A stretch of 64,000 nucleotides of DNA from the NCBI GenBank assembly GCA_022825505.1, contig JAJDWR010000063.1, positions 161,611-225,610 of the forward strand. Direction: 5' to 3'. The notes beneath the pieces are model-generated. The model was not told where the DNA came from. It saw only the letters and a list, made by a program, of their open reading frames with translations, and did no database searches. Below are positions 36,222 to 47,158 of the stretch, one piece after another. Position numbers and translations under genes: made by a program. This stretch comes from Gammaproteobacteria bacterium. GTDB taxonomy: Bacteria > Pseudomonadota > Gammaproteobacteria > Steroidobacterales > Rariloculaceae. Positions within the stretch are counted from its first letter, which is position 1, and each line of letters opens with the position of its first letter.

Positions 36222-39220
36222 TTCAGGCGTCCGCAGCAGTGCTTGTACTTCTTGCCGGAACCGCAGGGGCACGGCTGATTGCGCCCGATCTTCGGCTGTT
36301 CCCGGGTGAACGGCGTCACGGGAGGAGGCGCCGGCCGCGACGCAGGACGTGCTCCGGGACGACCGGCCGGTCGCGGCCCCGGAAGCGCCCCGGGTTGGGG
36401 AGACGGCTGCGGCGGCGCCGGCGGCATGCCCCCGGGCCGGCCGCCTGCAGGCATCGCCCGCGCCGCCGCGGCCGCCAGCGCGGACGCCGGCGCATGGTGG
36501 TAGCGCATAGCGCTGGTGTCGGTGGGCGGCGGCCGCATCATTTCCGTTTCGGGTTGTCTGCGGACCTGTACCCTGGACAGAAATGCGATGGTATCCCGGT
36601 CCATTCGTTCCAGCAGGCCGCTGAACATCTCGAATGCTTCCCGCTTGTATTCCTGGGTGGGCTTGCGCTGGGCGTAGGCTCGCAGGTGTATTCCCTGGCG
36701 AAGGTAGTCAAGCGCACCGATGTGCTCGCGCCAATGCATGTCCAGCTGCCTGAGCATGATGCCCTTCTCGATTTCGCGCATCGGCGCGGCGCCCACCGAC
36801 TCGACCTTCTCCTCGTATTCGTTCCTGACGCGGGAAACCAGTTCGTCCCGCAGCCCGTCCTCGTCCAGCGCGTGGTCGCCTTCCAGCAGGGATGACACGT
36901 CGACCCGGATGCCGAAATCCCGCTCCATGGCCTGGCTCAGTCCCTCCGTGTCCCACAACTCCTCGACGCTTTCCGGCGGGATGAATTCCGCCATGGTCGC
37001 GGCGACGACGTCCACGCGCATCGCCTCGATCTCCTCCTCGACATCGTCGGCTTCCATCAGCTCGCTGCGTCGCCTGTAGATGACCTTGCGCTGATCGTTG
37101 GCCACGTCGTCGTATTCCAGCAGGTGCTTGCGTGCGTCGAAGTTGTGGGCTTCGACCTTGCGCTGGGCGCGCTCGATCTGCCGCGACAACAGCTTGCTCT
37201 CGATGACCTCGCCCGGTCGCATCCCGGCTCGGGAAAGCAACCGCTTGGTCCGTTCCGGGTCGCCGAAGATGCGCATCAGGTCGTCTTCCATGGAAAGGTA
37301 GAACCGGCTCGACCCGGGATCGCCCTGACGCCCCGAGCGGCCGCGCAACTGGTTGTCGATGCGCCTGGATTCATGCCGCTCCGTACCGACGATGTGCAGC
37401 CCGCCTTCGGCGATGACGTCGTCGTGGCGCGCCTGCCACTGTTCACGGGCCGTTCCCCTGGCCGCCTCGCCGGCGTCGCCCATATTCGCCAATTCGGCCT
37501 GCAGGTTGCCGCCCAGCACGATATCCGTTCCCCGGCCGGCCATGTTGGTGGCGATGGTCACCGTACCGGGCCGGCCGGCCTGGGCGATGATCTCCGCCTC
37601 CTGCTCGTGGTACTTGGCGTTCAGCACCTGGTGGCGGATTTTCTCCTTGCGAAGCAGATTCGAGAGGAACTCCGAGGTCTCGATGGAGGTGGTGCCCACC
37701 AGGACCGGCTGGCCGCGCTCGTGACAATCCTGGATGTCCTCGATGATGGCGTCGAACTTGTCGCTCCTGGTCAGGTAGACCAGGTCCGGGGCATCGTCCC
37801 GGATCATTTCCTTGTGGGTCGGGATCACCACGACCTCGAGACCGTAGATCTGCTGGAACTCGTAGGCTTCCGTGTCGGCGGTACCGGTCATCCCGGCCAG
37901 CTTGTCGTAGAGGCGGAAATAATTCTGGAACGTGATCGAGGCGACGGTCTGGTTCTCCTCCTTGACGCGCACGCCCTCCTTGGCCTCGATCGCCTGATGC
38001 AGGCCGTCCGACCAGCGCCGTCCGGGCATGGTGCGGCCGGTAAATTCATCGACGATCACCACCTCGCCGTCCTTGACGATGTACTCCACTTCCCTGTTGA
38101 ACAGCGTGTGCGCGCGCAGCGCGGCGTTGATGTGGTGCATGAGCCGGATGTTGCCCGCGTCGTACAGGCTCTCGCCCTCGTTGAGGACACCGGCCCTGGC
38201 CAGCAACGGCTCGATGCGCTCCTGACCCTCCTCGGTCAGATGCGCCTGCTTGGACTTCTCGTCGATGGTGTAGTCGCCGGGGACAATGAGCCGGCATCCG
38301 GGAGGGCTCGCTCCCGGCTCGGTTTCGATCAGGTGATGACCGCCTTCGTACGCCTGTTCCAGCGCCTCGTCGATGGGCATTTCCCCCAGTTCCTCACCGG
38401 ATATACCGTTGACGCTCACCCGTCTGGCCTCGATGTTCTCGTTGGCCCTGCCGGGCGGCGGCTTGTGGGGGGTCAGCCTGGGGATGAGCTTGTTGATCTT
38501 GAGGTAAAGCTCGGTGCTCTCCGTGGACGGTCCCGAGATGATCAGGGGCGTTCTCGCCTCGTCGATGAGAATGCAGTCCACCTCGTCCACGATGGCGTAG
38601 GACAGGTCCCGCTGCACCCGGTCTTCCAGGCGGATGGCGAGATTGTCCCGCAGGTAGTCGAATCCGAATTCGTTGTTGGTACCGTAGGTGATGTCCGCCC
38701 GGTAGGCTTCCTGCTTGTCTTCACGGCTCTGGCCGGCCTTGACGACTCCTACCGTCAGTCCCAGGAACTCGTAGATCGGACCCATCCAGTCGGCATCCCG
38801 CTGGGCCAGATAGTCGTTCACGGTGACGATGTGCACGCCCTTGCCGGTCAGCGCGTTCAGGTAGGCGGTGAGCGTTGCCACCAGCGTCTTGCCCTCGCCC
38901 GTGCGCATCTCCGCGATCTTGCCCTGGTGCAGCGCGACGCCGCCCACCAGTTGCACATCGAAGTGGCGCATGCCCACCGTGCGTACGGCGGCTTCCCGAA
39001 CCACCGCAAACGCCTCCGGCAGGAGCGAGTCCAGGTCCTCCCCGGCCTTGAGACGGGACCTGAATTTCCCGGTCTTCTCTTTCAGCGAGCCGTCGTCCAG
39101 CGACTGGATGTCAAGCTCCAGGGCGTTTGCCTGGACCACAAACCGCTCGTAGCCGCCCAGCAGCCGCTTGTTGCGGCTGCCGAAGATGTTCGTGAAGAAC
39201 CTGGAGGTCTGTTCCAGCAA
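36218..39220 (-). CDS. secA: preprotein translocase ATPase SecA
   Basis: The N-terminus (M)[20 protein letters not shown] resembles E. coli MLIKLLTKVFGSRNDRTL. Walker [20 protein letters not shown]-like [21 protein letters not shown]-terminal zinc site [17 protein letters not shown] start at 39220. Confidence 0.95.
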   Translation of the reverse strand: MLEQTSRFFTNIFGSRNKRLLGGYERFVVQANALELDIQSLDDGSLKEKTGKFRSRLKAGEDLDSLLPEAFAVVREAAVRTVGMRHFDVQLVGGVALHQGKIAEMRTGEGKTLVATLTAYLNALTGKGVHIVTVNDYLAQRDADWMGPIYEFLGLTVGVVKAGQSREDKQEAYRADITYGTNNEFGFDYLRDNLAIRLEDRVQRDLSYAIVDEVDCILIDEARTPLIISGPSTESTELYLKINKLIPRLTPHKPPPGRANENIEARRVSVNGISGEELGEMPIDEALEQAYEGGHHLIETEPGASPPGCRLIVPGDYTIDEKSKQAHLTEEGQERIEPLLARAGVLNEGESLYDAGNIRLMHHINAALRAHTLFNREVEYIVKDGEVVIVDEFTGRTMPGRRWSDGLHQAIEAKEGVRVKEENQTVASITFQNYFRLYDKLAGMTGTADTEAYEFQQIYGLEVVVIPTHKEMIRDDAPDLVYLTRSDKFDAIIEDIQDCHERGQPVLVGTTSIETSEFLSNLLRKEKIRHQVLNAKYHEQEAEIIAQAGRPGTVTIATNMAGRGTDIVLGGNLQAELANMGDAGEAARGTAREQWQARHDDVIAEGGLHIVGTERHESRRIDNQLRGRSGRQGDPGSSRFYLSMEDDLMRIFGDPERTKRLLSRAGMRPGEVIESKLLSRQIERAQRKVEAHNFDARKHLLEYDDVANDQRKVIYRRRSELMEADDVEEEIEAMRVDVVAATMAEFIPPESVEELWDTEGLSQAMERDFGIRVDVSSLLEGDHALDEDGLRDELVSRVRNEYEEKVESVGAAPMREIEKGIMLRQLDMHWREHIGALDYLRQGIHLRAYAQRKPTQEYKREAFEMFSGLLERMDRDTIAFLSRVQVRRQPETEMMRPPPTDTSAMRYHHAPASALAAAAARAMPAGGRPGGMPPAPPQPSPQPGALPGPRPAGRPGARPASRPAPPPVTPFTREQPKIGRNQPCPCGSGKKYKHCCGRLN

Positions 39221-39465
39221 TCGACTTCCCGGTGTTGCGGCCCGAATGCCCTATTGTAAGGTCACATCGAAGTCTTGGGGACAGGAAGCGCAGTTTGCAA
39301 GGGCAATCATACTGTCCCATGTCGTGTCGGTGAGAGTTACGCGACCGGCAATTCGCCGCGGCAGCGAGTTCATCGCGCCATGCTGTTCCAGCCTCCCGAC
39401 GGCTCCCGAATGGCTCACACTACGTCCTGTAGAATGGCGACTGAGCCCGTTCCCCGCGTTGTGCC

Positions 39466-39744
39466 ATGCCATCCAATTCCCTTGCGGAACTGTTGAATTC
39501 CGGTAGCCTCGGCCAACTGACCGCCGAGTCGCGCCGACTCCAGGACCTTGCCGACTCGGTCCGCGAACGGCTGCCCGCCGAGGAAGCCGCCCACCTGGTA
39601 GCCGCCAACACCGACGACAAAGGCCGGCTTGTACTCGTTATGGATGCCTCGGTCTGGGCAGCCCGGGTCCGCTACATGGCCCGGGAACTGGGGGAGGACC
39701 GGATCAAGGTCAGGGTGCTTCCGCGAGGCGCCGGCTCGAACTGA
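39466..39744 (+). CDS. DUF721 (DciA-like) protein
   Basis: The 92-aa product carries HLVAANTDDKGRLVLVMDASVWAARVRYMARELGEDR. This resembles the DUF721 core (..G.L.v.v.ssawa.eL......l) as I recall it. It is divergent from secA. Confidence 0.5.
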   Translation: MPSNSLAELLNSGSLGQLTAESRRLQDLADSVRERLPAEEAAHLVAANTDDKGRLVLVMDASVWAARVRYMARELGEDRIKVRVLPRGAGSN

Positions 39745-39754
39745 ACATCGCGAA

Positions 39755-40957
39755 CTACATCACCTGCCCCATTCTAAACACCGGCAGGTACATGGCGACA
39801 ACCAGGCCGCCGACGACGACGCCCAGCACAGCCATGATGAGCGGCTCCAGCAGGCTGGACAGGCCGTCGACCGCGTTGTCGAGCCGTTCTTCGTAGAAGT
39901 CCGCGATCCGTTCCGCCATGTCTTCGAGCGCGCCGGATTCTTCCCCCACACCGATCATTCGGGTGGCGATGGAGGGAAACAGGCCGGACATCTTCATGGC
40001 CTGCTGCAGACGCTGTCCGGTGGCGACCTCGTCGCGGATGTTCAGGACCGCGCCCTCATAGACGATATTGCCGGTGGCCCGGGCGACCGGCTCCAGCGCC
40101 TGGACCAGGGGTGTGCCGGCCGCGAAGGTGATGGCTAGCGTGCGCGCGTAACGCGCGGTGGCCGCCATGTGGACGATGGGGCCGATGACCGGAACGCGCA
40201 GCATCGCCCGCTCCAGGAAGCGGCGCACCGATGGCAGCCTTCTTCTTGCCTGGGTGAACCCGACAGCGCCGGCGGCGATCAGGAGTCCGGGTATCCAGCC
40301 GGACGAGCGCACGAAATCGGATGCGCCGATGACCATGAGCGTCAACGCGGGCAACTCGGCGCCGAATCCTTCAAACAGCGATTCGAACTCGGGAACCACG
40401 AAAACCAGCAGAATGACCGTCACCAGCAGGGCCACCACGGTGACCGCCGCCGGATAGAACAGCGCCTTTTTGACCTTGTCCCGGATGCTCTGGGCCTTTT
40501 CCCGGTAGGCGGCGATCCTTGCCAGCAGCGTCTCCAGCGCGCCCGCCTGCTCGCCGGCCGCCACCAGGTTGACGTAGAGGTCATCGAAATGCTGCGGATG
40601 TTTTCCGAGCGCGGCGGACAGGGAGGTACCGTCCTCGACATCGTTCTTCACCCCGAGCATGAGCGCCTGCACGGCAGGCGTATCCTGGCTGTTGCCGATG
40701 ATGTCCAAAGCCTGTACCAGGGGGATGCCGGCGCCGATCATCGTCGCCAGTTGCCGGGTGGCGGAAGTGATTTCCCCGCCGCTGACACGGCCGCCGCCAC
40801 CGGGCAGTGCCCGGCGGACCCGGGAGGGCACGATGCCCCGGCGCCATAACTCCGCACGCACCGCGGATTCGCTGGCCGCAAACGTGACGCCCCGAATGCG
40901 CTTGCCGGCACGGTTCGTACCACGCCAGTTGTAGGTGCGGGTAGCGGCGGCTGCCAT
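39755..40957 (-). CDS. pilC: type IV pilus platform protein PilC (GspF family)
   Basis: Two GspF repeats (TRQLATMIGAGIPLVQALD and ARTLAITFAAGTPLVQALE) with three transmembrane segments. Confidence 0.85.
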   Translation of the reverse strand: MAAAATRTYNWRGTNRAGKRIRGVTFAASESAVRAELWRRGIVPSRVRRALPGGGGRVSGGEITSATRQLATMIGAGIPLVQALDIIGNSQDTPAVQALMLGVKNDVEDGTSLSAALGKHPQHFDDLYVNLVAAGEQAGALETLLARIAAYREKAQSIRDKVKKALFYPAAVTVVALLVTVILLVFVVPEFESLFEGFGAELPALTLMVIGASDFVRSSGWIPGLLIAAGAVGFTQARRRLPSVRRFLERAMLRVPVIGPIVHMAATARYARTLAITFAAGTPLVQALEPVARATGNIVYEGAVLNIRDEVATGQRLQQAMKMSGLFPSIATRMIGVGEESGALEDMAERIADFYEERLDNAVDGLSSLLEPLIMAVLGVVVGGLVVAMYLPVFRMGQVM

Positions 40958-40963
40958 GGGGCG

Positions 40964-42769
40964 CTAGTCCACGGTGATTCGATTGAGTTCTTCCAGGCCG
41001 ATCAATCCGCGCCTGACCCTGGCCAGTCCCGAGCGGCGCACGTCGCGGATGCCCTCCGCGGCGGCCTGCCGGGCAATTTGCGAGGCATTGCCGCCGTCCA
41101 TGATGATGCGGCCGATGGGTTCGCTGACCGGCATGACCTGAAATATGCCCGTGCGCCCGCGATACCCTGCGCTGCAGCGGTTACAGCCCCGGGCGGCGTA
41201 TATTGTCAGCCCTGCCGCCACCTCCTGCGGTGAGAAACCTTCCTTGATCAGGGCATCCGGGGGAATGTGCGCCGGTTGCTTGCAGGCGCCGCACAGCGTT
41301 CGCGCCAAACGTTGCGCGATGATGAGCGACACCGAACTCGCGATGGCGTAGGGCTTGATGCCCATGTCCACCAGCCGGGTCAGGGTCCGCGGCGCGTCGT
41401 TGGTGTGCAGGGTCGAAAGCACCAGGTGGCCGGTCTGGGCCGCCCGGATCGCAACCTGGGCGGTTTCCAGGTCGCGAATCTCTCCCACCATGATGATGTC
41501 GGGGTCCTGGCGAAGAAAGGCGCGCAGGCAGGAGGCAAAGGTCAGGCCCACCTTCGGATTGACATTGACCTGGTTGATGCCGGGCAGGTTGATCTCGGCC
41601 GGATCTTCCGCGGTGGCAATATTGCGGTCAGGAGTATTCAGCGTATTGAGCCCGGCGTAGAGGGACACGGTCTTGCCGCTTCCGGTGGGGCCGGTGACCA
41701 GGATCATGCCGTGCGGTCTGGCGAGGTGGTCGAGATAGGTCGCTTTCTGCCCTTCGTCGTAACCGAGGTCGTCGATATCGGTCCTGACGCTGGCCGGATC
41801 CAGCAACCGGCAGACGACCTTTTCCCCGAACAGGGTCGGGCAGGTGTTCACCCGCAGGTCGATGGCGCGGTCGGGGGGCACGCGCATCCTCATTCGCCCG
41901 TCCTGAGGCATTCGCCGTTCCGCGACATTCAGCCGCGCCATCACTTTCAGCCGGGCAGCGAGCCGCCCCGCCACCGCCATCGGAGGGTGGGCGATTTCAC
42001 TGAGCACGCCGTCATGGCGCATGCGGATTCGATACGTTCGTTCGTACGGTTCGAAGTGGATGTCCGACGCACCCCGGTTCACGCAGTCCAGCATGATCCG
42101 GTTGACGAACCTCACCACCGGGGCATCGTCCACGTCGGCATTGACGGGGTCCGCGTCATTGCCGTCTTCGACGAGTTGCAATCCGTCAAGATCGAAATCG
42201 GTGAAGTCGAACGCCGCGATGGAAGCGTCCTCCGCACCCACGGAGTCCCCGATGCGCGCTTCCAGCTTGTCGTATTCCACGACCACCGCTTCCGGGCGCA
42301 GCGAGGTCTGAAACCCGATGTCGTCCAGGGCCTTGAGGTTGGTCGGGTCGGCGATGCCGACGAATACGCGCTGGCCCCGGCGCATCAGGGGCAGCACGCG
42401 GTGTTGCCTGAGCAGCTCGGCCGGAATCAGGGTGGAGGATTCCGGACTCGGCTCCACCGCGTCCAGATCGAGCGCCGGGACACCGAATTCCCGCGCCGCG
42501 GCGACTGCGATGCGTGCGGGGTCGCCGCGTCCCGTCGACACCAGGCAGGCGACCAGGGATGTGGACTGCTCCCTTGAGACCCTGACCGCTTCATGCAAGG
42601 CGTCCCGGCCGACGATCCCCTCGCGGAGCAGTCGCCGCGCCAGTCCGGTCAGCGGCTCCGGCGGGGCGGCTGCGGCAGGACCCCGCCGCCGCCCCTCTGC
42701 AAGGCCGCTTGCACGGGAACGGGCGCCCGCGCGCACCGGGTTATCCGGTTTCGCCTGATCACGCTGCAC
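40964..42769 (-). CDS. pilB: type IV pilus assembly ATPase PilB (GspE family)
   Basis: N-terminal GspE_N-like region. Walker A TGPTGSGKTVSLY. Asp box and Walker B (IMVGEIRDLETA). Tetracysteine motif CGACK...CNRCSAGYRGR. The start is uncertain because of an Arg/Ala/Pro-rich N-terminal extension. Confidence 0.9.
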   Translation of the reverse strand: MQRDQAKPDNPVRAGARSRASGLAEGRRRGPAAAAPPEPLTGLARRLLREGIVGRDALHEAVRVSREQSTSLVACLVSTGRGDPARIAVAAAREFGVPALDLDAVEPSPESSTLIPAELLRQHRVLPLMRRGQRVFVGIADPTNLKALDDIGFQTSLRPEAVVVEYDKLEARIGDSVGAEDASIAAFDFTDFDLDGLQLVEDGNDADPVNADVDDAPVVRFVNRIMLDCVNRGASDIHFEPYERTYRIRMRHDGVLSEIAHPPMAVAGRLAARLKVMARLNVAERRMPQDGRMRMRVPPDRAIDLRVNTCPTLFGEKVVCRLLDPASVRTDIDDLGYDEGQKATYLDHLARPHGMILVTGPTGSGKTVSLYAGLNTLNTPDRNIATAEDPAEINLPGINQVNVNPKVGLTFASCLRAFLRQDPDIIMVGEIRDLETAQVAIRAAQTGHLVLSTLHTNDAPRTLTRLVDMGIKPYAIASSVSLIIAQRLARTLCGACKQPAHIPPDALIKEGFSPQEVAAGLTIYAARGCNRCSAGYRGRTGIFQVMPVSEPIGRIIMDGGNASQIARQAAAEGIRDVRRSGLARVRRGLIGLEELNRITVD

Positions 42770-42781
42770 GGGGCCGGCCCC

Positions 42782-43291
42782 CTACAGGCGGCACGCGGCG
42801 GGCAGGTAGCGCACCGGCAGGGTGGGCGCCGCGTAGGTCGCCGCCATGCCGGCAGCGGTTCCCAGCAGTTCCGCACCGGCGGGTTCCGGCGCGGACCCGC
42901 ATCGCCACAACAGGCTCATGTCGGACGACTCGTAGGGGGTCATGGTCAACGTGTTGGAGCCCGACCCGGCGATCCGCGCGTTGGCCTCGTTGCCGTAGGT
43001 GATGGTCAGCACGCCGTTGGCGATGTCCACGCCGGTGACGTAGCGGCCGGACGTGTCCGTGGGATCGGCGCTCATGCCCGCATCGGCCCGGTCGTCCGGC
43101 GGTACGCCCTCGGTAAGGAACTCCTCCGCCACGGCCGCCCTGGCGATGGCCGCCAGGCTCATGCCCTCGGAGACCTGCGCCCGAATCGTATAGTCCTGGT
43201 AGGCGGGTATGGCAAAGCTCGCGAGAATGCCTATGATGGTCACCACGACCATCAACTCAATGAGCGTGAATCCGGATTGTCTGTGTTTCAT
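42782..43291 (-). CDS. pilA: type IVa major pilin PilA
   Basis: Leader MKHRQSG followed by [27 protein letters not shown] (class III signal, N-methyl-Phe site). A C-terminal Cys pair (WRCGS...PAACRL) forms the disulfide loop. Confidence 0.85.
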   Translation of the reverse strand: MKHRQSGFTLIELMVVVTIIGILASFAIPAYQDYTIRAQVSEGMSLAAIARAAVAEEFLTEGVPPDDRADAGMSADPTDTSGRYVTGVDIANGVLTITYGNEANARIAGSGSNTLTMTPYESSDMSLLWRCGSAPEPAGAELLGTAAGMAATYAAPTLPVRYLPAACRL

Positions 43292-43451
43292 GGGAACCTC
43301 CTTGCCGTGAGATGGGGAGTTTGCGGCAAGCCGGCGCCGAACCTGAACACGGAAACCGGGGCAAAACGGGCAGATTTGCGATATTTCGTCCCCCTTTCAC
43401 TGTGATCGCCATTCCGCGACAATAGCGCTCGCCCGGAATCCGAGGACCCCC

Positions 43452-44624
43452 TTGAACCTTCACGAATATCAGGCCAAGGCATTGTTTGCCGAATTCGGCA
43501 TTCCCGTGCCCCGGGGCCGGGCGGCGGCGAGCGCCGCGGAGGCGGAGGTGGCGGCGCGCGAATTGGGAGGGGAGCGGTGGGTCGTCAAGGCGCAGGTGCA
43601 CGCCGGGGGCCGCGGCAAGGCGGGCGGCGTGAAGCTGGCGAATTCGGCAGAGGAAACTGCCGCCCACGCCGAAGCCATGCTGGGGACACGCCTGGTTACC
43701 CGCCAGAGCGGCCATGCAGGCCTGCCGGTGGACACGGTGTACGTCGAGGCCGCGTCGAGCATTCAACGGGAACTCTACATGAGCGCGCTGGTGGATCGCG
43801 CCCGGGAGCGGGTCATTGTCATGGCTTCGGCGGCCGGCGGCATGGACATTGAGGAAGTGGCCGCGTCCACGCCGGAAAAGATACTCACTGCGGCGATTCA
43901 TCCGGCGGTCGGCGTGTCGCCCTGGCAGTGCCGGCAACTGGGTTATGGCCTGGGCCTGGACGCCGGCCAGATTCGGGAGCTTGCGGACATCATCGGCAAG
44001 GTCGTCACGCTGTTTCACCGCTGCGACGCCAGCCTGGTGGAGATCAATCCGCTCATCGTGGACGGCGACGGGCATGTGGTTGCGCTGGATGCCAAGATCG
44101 ACATCGAGGACAGCGCGCTGTTCCGCCAGCAACGGTACGAGGGCTGGCGGGATGAGGGCCAGGAAGATCCAAGCGAGCGCGATGCGCGCGAGCATGGCCT
44201 CAACTATGTGTCGCTGGACGGCAATATCGCCTGCATGGTGAACGGCGCCGGACTCGCCATGGCGACCATGGACATCATCAAGCTGCACGGCGGCGAGCCC
44301 GCCAATTTCCTCGACGTGGGCGGCGGCGCCACCGCACAACGCGTTGCCCAGGCCTTCAGGATCATTCTCGGCAACCCCAACGTGAAGGCGATTCTCGTCA
44401 ATATCTTCGGCGGCATCGTGCGTTGCGACCTGATCGCCGAGGGAATTCTCACGGCGGTCAAGGACATCGGCGTGACCGTGCCGGTGGTGGTGAGACTGGA
44501 GGGAACGAACGTCCGCAAGGGACGGCAGCTTCTTGCCGGGAGCGGGCTGGCCGTGGTGCCCGCCTCCGATCTGCGCAGCGCCGCGGAGAAGGTCGTCGGC
44601 CTGGCGCGGGGACAGGACACGTGA
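43452..44624 (+). CDS. sucC: succinate--CoA ligase (ADP-forming) beta subunit
   Basis: (M)[24 protein letters not shown]-grasp domain, and [15 protein letters not shown] start at 43452. Confidence 0.95.
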   Translation: MNLHEYQAKALFAEFGIPVPRGRAAASAAEAEVAARELGGERWVVKAQVHAGGRGKAGGVKLANSAEETAAHAEAMLGTRLVTRQSGHAGLPVDTVYVEAASSIQRELYMSALVDRARERVIVMASAAGGMDIEEVAASTPEKILTAAIHPAVGVSPWQCRQLGYGLGLDAGQIRELADIIGKVVTLFHRCDASLVEINPLIVDGDGHVVALDAKIDIEDSALFRQQRYEGWRDEGQEDPSERDAREHGLNYVSLDGNIACMVNGAGLAMATMDIIKLHGGEPANFLDVGGGATAQRVAQAFRIILGNPNVKAILVNIFGGIVRCDLIAEGILTAVKDIGVTVPVVVRLEGTNVRKGRQLLAGSGLAVVPASDLRSAAEKVVGLARGQDT

Positions 44625-45490
44625 GTATTCTCGTCGGCGCGGAAACAAGGGTCATATCCCAGGGCATGACCGGCCGCCAGGGGCTCTTTCACACGGGCCA
44701 GTGCCTGGAATACGGCACCCGGGTCGTGGCGGGCGTCACGCCGGGCCGCGGCGGCGAAGAGCACCTGGGCCTGCCGGTCTACGACACCATGCAGGAAGCC
44801 GTCGCCGCCACCGGCGCGGAGGTGAGCATGGTTTTCGTGCCGGCGGCCTTTGCGGGCGATGCCATTCTCGAGGCGGCCGCCTCGGGCGTCGAACTGGTGG
44901 TCTGTATCACCGAGGGCGTGCCGGTCCTCGACATGGTGAAGGTCAAGGCGGCGCTGGCCGGCACCGGCTGCCGTCTGATCGGCCCCAACTGCCCCGGTAT
45001 CATCACGCCGGGAGCCTGCAAGCTCGGTATCATGCCCGGTTTCATCCACCGGCCCGGTTCCGTCGGCATCATCTCGCGTTCGGGCACGCTGACCTATGAA
45101 GCGGTGTGGCAGACGACCAATGCCGGTCTGGGGCAGTCGACCTGTATCGGCATCGGCGGGGATCCCATCCGCGGCCTGAATTTCATCGACTGTCTGGAAC
45201 TGTTCGAAGCCGATCCCGGCACACGGGGCATCATTCTGGTGGGCGAGATCGGAGGCGGCGATGAAGAGGCGGCTGCGGAGTACATCCAGGATCGTGTCAG
45301 CAAGCCGGTGGTGGCCTACATCGCCGGGGTAACCGCACCGCCGGGCAAGCGCATGGGTCATGCAGGTGCGATCATCTCCGCAGGCAGCGGTACGGCCCAG
45401 GCCAAGTTCGAAGCGCTGGAAGAGGCCGGAGTCACCACCGTTCGATCGCCGGCCATGCTGGGTTCGGCCATTGCCGAGGCGCTGGATTGA
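44621..45490 (+). CDS. sucD: succinate--CoA ligase alpha subunit
   Basis: GTG at 44621 (GTGA overlap with the sucC stop). [30 protein letters not shown], and the phospho-His loop MGHAGAII. Confidence 0.95.
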   Translation: MSILVGAETRVISQGMTGRQGLFHTGQCLEYGTRVVAGVTPGRGGEEHLGLPVYDTMQEAVAATGAEVSMVFVPAAFAGDAILEAAASGVELVVCITEGVPVLDMVKVKAALAGTGCRLIGPNCPGIITPGACKLGIMPGFIHRPGSVGIISRSGTLTYEAVWQTTNAGLGQSTCIGIGGDPIRGLNFIDCLELFEADPGTRGIILVGEIGGGDEEAAAEYIQDRVSKPVVAYIAGVTAPPGKRMGHAGAIISAGSGTAQAKFEALEEAGVTTVRSPAMLGSAIAEALD

Positions 45491-47094
45491 AGGTCGCACT
45501 GGCTCAGCTCAATACCCACGTCGGCGCGATCGACGCCAATGTCGACAAGGTCCTGGAAACCGCGCGCCACGCGCGTGATGACCTGGGGTGCGCTCTCGCG
45601 GTTTTCCCCGAACTGACGCTGTGCGGGTACCCGCCCGAGGACCTGCTGTTTCACCGCGGCATGCGTTTGCGGGTCGAGGCGGCGCTTGAGAAGGTTCGCA
45701 AGGGTGTCTCCGGCATCGCCGTGTACGTGGGGTTTCCCGAGTACGATGGCGAGCGGATCTACAATGCCGGGGCCTTCATCGCCGATGGGCGCATGCTCGC
45801 CCTGCACCGCAAGATCGTGTTGCCCAACTACTCGGTATTCGATGAAAAACGCTATTTCGAACCGGGTACGGAGCCCACCGTGGTGGAATTCGGGGGCATC
45901 CGCTTCGGTTTGACGATCTGCGAGGATACCTGGCAGCCTGAGCCCTGCCGAGCCACGGCATCGGCCGGCGCCGACGTCATCCTGATTCTCAATGGTTCGC
46001 CGTTTCACCGGCAGAAACAGCAGGTCCGGGAGGACGTACTGGCCGGGCGCGCGCGGGAGACCGGCCGGGCGCTGGTCTACGTCAATATGGTCGGCGGGCA
46101 GGACGAACTGGTGTTTGACGGCGGTTCGGTGGCCGTCAATGCGGCGGGGGACGTGGCGACGCGCGCACCCGCATTCGACGAGGGCGTCTTTACAGTCGAA
46201 CTGAGCGCTCGCGGAGGCGGTATCGACGCCTGCGCCGGCGACATCGCCCCGTTGCTGCCGCATACCGACAGTATCTACCGGGCGCTGGTCATGGGCACGC
46301 GCGACTACGTCGTCAAGAACCACTTTGACGGGGTCATCCTCGGTCTTTCCGGCGGCGTCGATTCCGCGCTCACCATGTGCGTGGCCGTCGATGCGCTGGG
46401 CGCCGGGCACGTGCACGCGGTGCGCATGCCGTCGCGCTTTACGTCGGACATGAGCCTGGAGGATGCCGCCGAACAGGTCCGGAGACTCGGCGTGCAAGTG
46501 GATACGCTGTCCATCGAACCCATGTTCGGGTCCACGCTCGGCGTACTGGATGAGCTTTTCCGGGGCCTGGATCCGGATACCACCGAGGAGAATATCCAGG
46601 CGCGATGCCGGGGCGTCCTGCTCATGGCCCTGTCCAACAAGCTGGGCAGGATGCTGCTGACCACGGGGAACAAGAGCGAGATGGCGGTGGGTTATGCGAC
46701 GTTGTACGGAGACATGGCGGGCGGATTCGCACCGTTGAAGGACTGCAGCAAGACGCTGGTGTATGAGCTTGCGCGGTTTCGAAACGCGCAATCACCCGTC
46801 ATTCCGGAGCGGGTCATCACCCGGGCGCCCAGCGCGGAACTGCGCCCCGACCAGAAGGATTCAGATTCGCTCCCGCCCTACGAAGTCCTGGATCCGATCC
46901 TCGAGGCATTCATCGAAGACGACCTTTCAGTAGACCAGATTGCCGCCGCGGGATTCGATCGGGCGACGGTGGGACGGGTCCTGGGGATGGTGAAGCGCAA
47001 CGAGTACAAGCGCCGCCAGGCGCCTCCGGGCGTCCGCGTCAGCCGCCGCGCGTTCGGCCGGGACTGGCGGTATCCCATCACCTCGGGATACTAG
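45487..47094 (+). CDS. nadE: glutamine-dependent NAD+ synthetase
   Basis: N-terminal carbon-nitrogen hydrolase domain ([21 protein letters not shown]). C-terminal PP-loop synthetase domain ([10 protein letters not shown]). The TTG start overlaps the sucD stop (TTGA). Confidence 0.85.
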   Translation: MKVALAQLNTHVGAIDANVDKVLETARHARDDLGCALAVFPELTLCGYPPEDLLFHRGMRLRVEAALEKVRKGVSGIAVYVGFPEYDGERIYNAGAFIADGRMLALHRKIVLPNYSVFDEKRYFEPGTEPTVVEFGGIRFGLTICEDTWQPEPCRATASAGADVILILNGSPFHRQKQQVREDVLAGRARETGRALVYVNMVGGQDELVFDGGSVAVNAAGDVATRAPAFDEGVFTVELSARGGGIDACAGDIAPLLPHTDSIYRALVMGTRDYVVKNHFDGVILGLSGGVDSALTMCVAVDALGAGHVHAVRMPSRFTSDMSLEDAAEQVRRLGVQVDTLSIEPMFGSTLGVLDELFRGLDPDTTEENIQARCRGVLLMALSNKLGRMLLTTGNKSEMAVGYATLYGDMAGGFAPLKDCSKTLVYELARFRNAQSPVIPERVITRAPSAELRPDQKDSDSLPPYEVLDPILEAFIEDDLSVDQIAAAGFDRATVGRVLGMVKRNEYKRRQAPPGVRVSRRAFGRDWRYPITSGY

Positions 47095-47108
47095 GAACCG
47101 GTACCGTG

Positions 47109-47158
47109 GAAAATCGCGAATACCACGGATGAGAGCGAATTTTGCAGCCGCGATTTTC
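47109..47158. terminator. 10-bp inverted repeat with nested 6-bp hairpin between convergent nadE and bamD
   Basis: GAAAATCGCG (47109-47118) pairs with CGCGATTTTC (47149-47158). Inner pair: CCGTGG ... CCACGG. The right arm touches the bamD stop codon. The loop is long (30 nt), so terminator function is uncertain. Confidence 0.3.

Noticed and set aside
37124-39259. 711-aa plus-strand ORF antisense to secA. Similar long antisense ORFs: 2622..4325 (-), 4873..6279 (-), 14813..16660 (-), 54662..56692 (-), 57872..59977 (-), 60869..63343 (+)
   Set aside because: Each mirrors a strongly recognisable housekeeping or family-assigned gene on the other strand: secA, the SorA-like gene, the NHL gene, ftsI, clpB, aspS and mutS. 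Their translations are dominated by R, G, A, P, V, H and D and have no motifs. They are GC-skew artefacts, not overlapping genes.
43323-43343. Sigma54-like element (CGGCGCCGGCTTGCC on the minus strand) upstream of pilA; pilin genes are often RpoN-dependent
   Set aside because: The spacing is GG-N9-GC rather than the invariant GG-N10-GC, and the -24 box is CGGCGC rather than TGGCAC. It is not convincing without experimental mapping.
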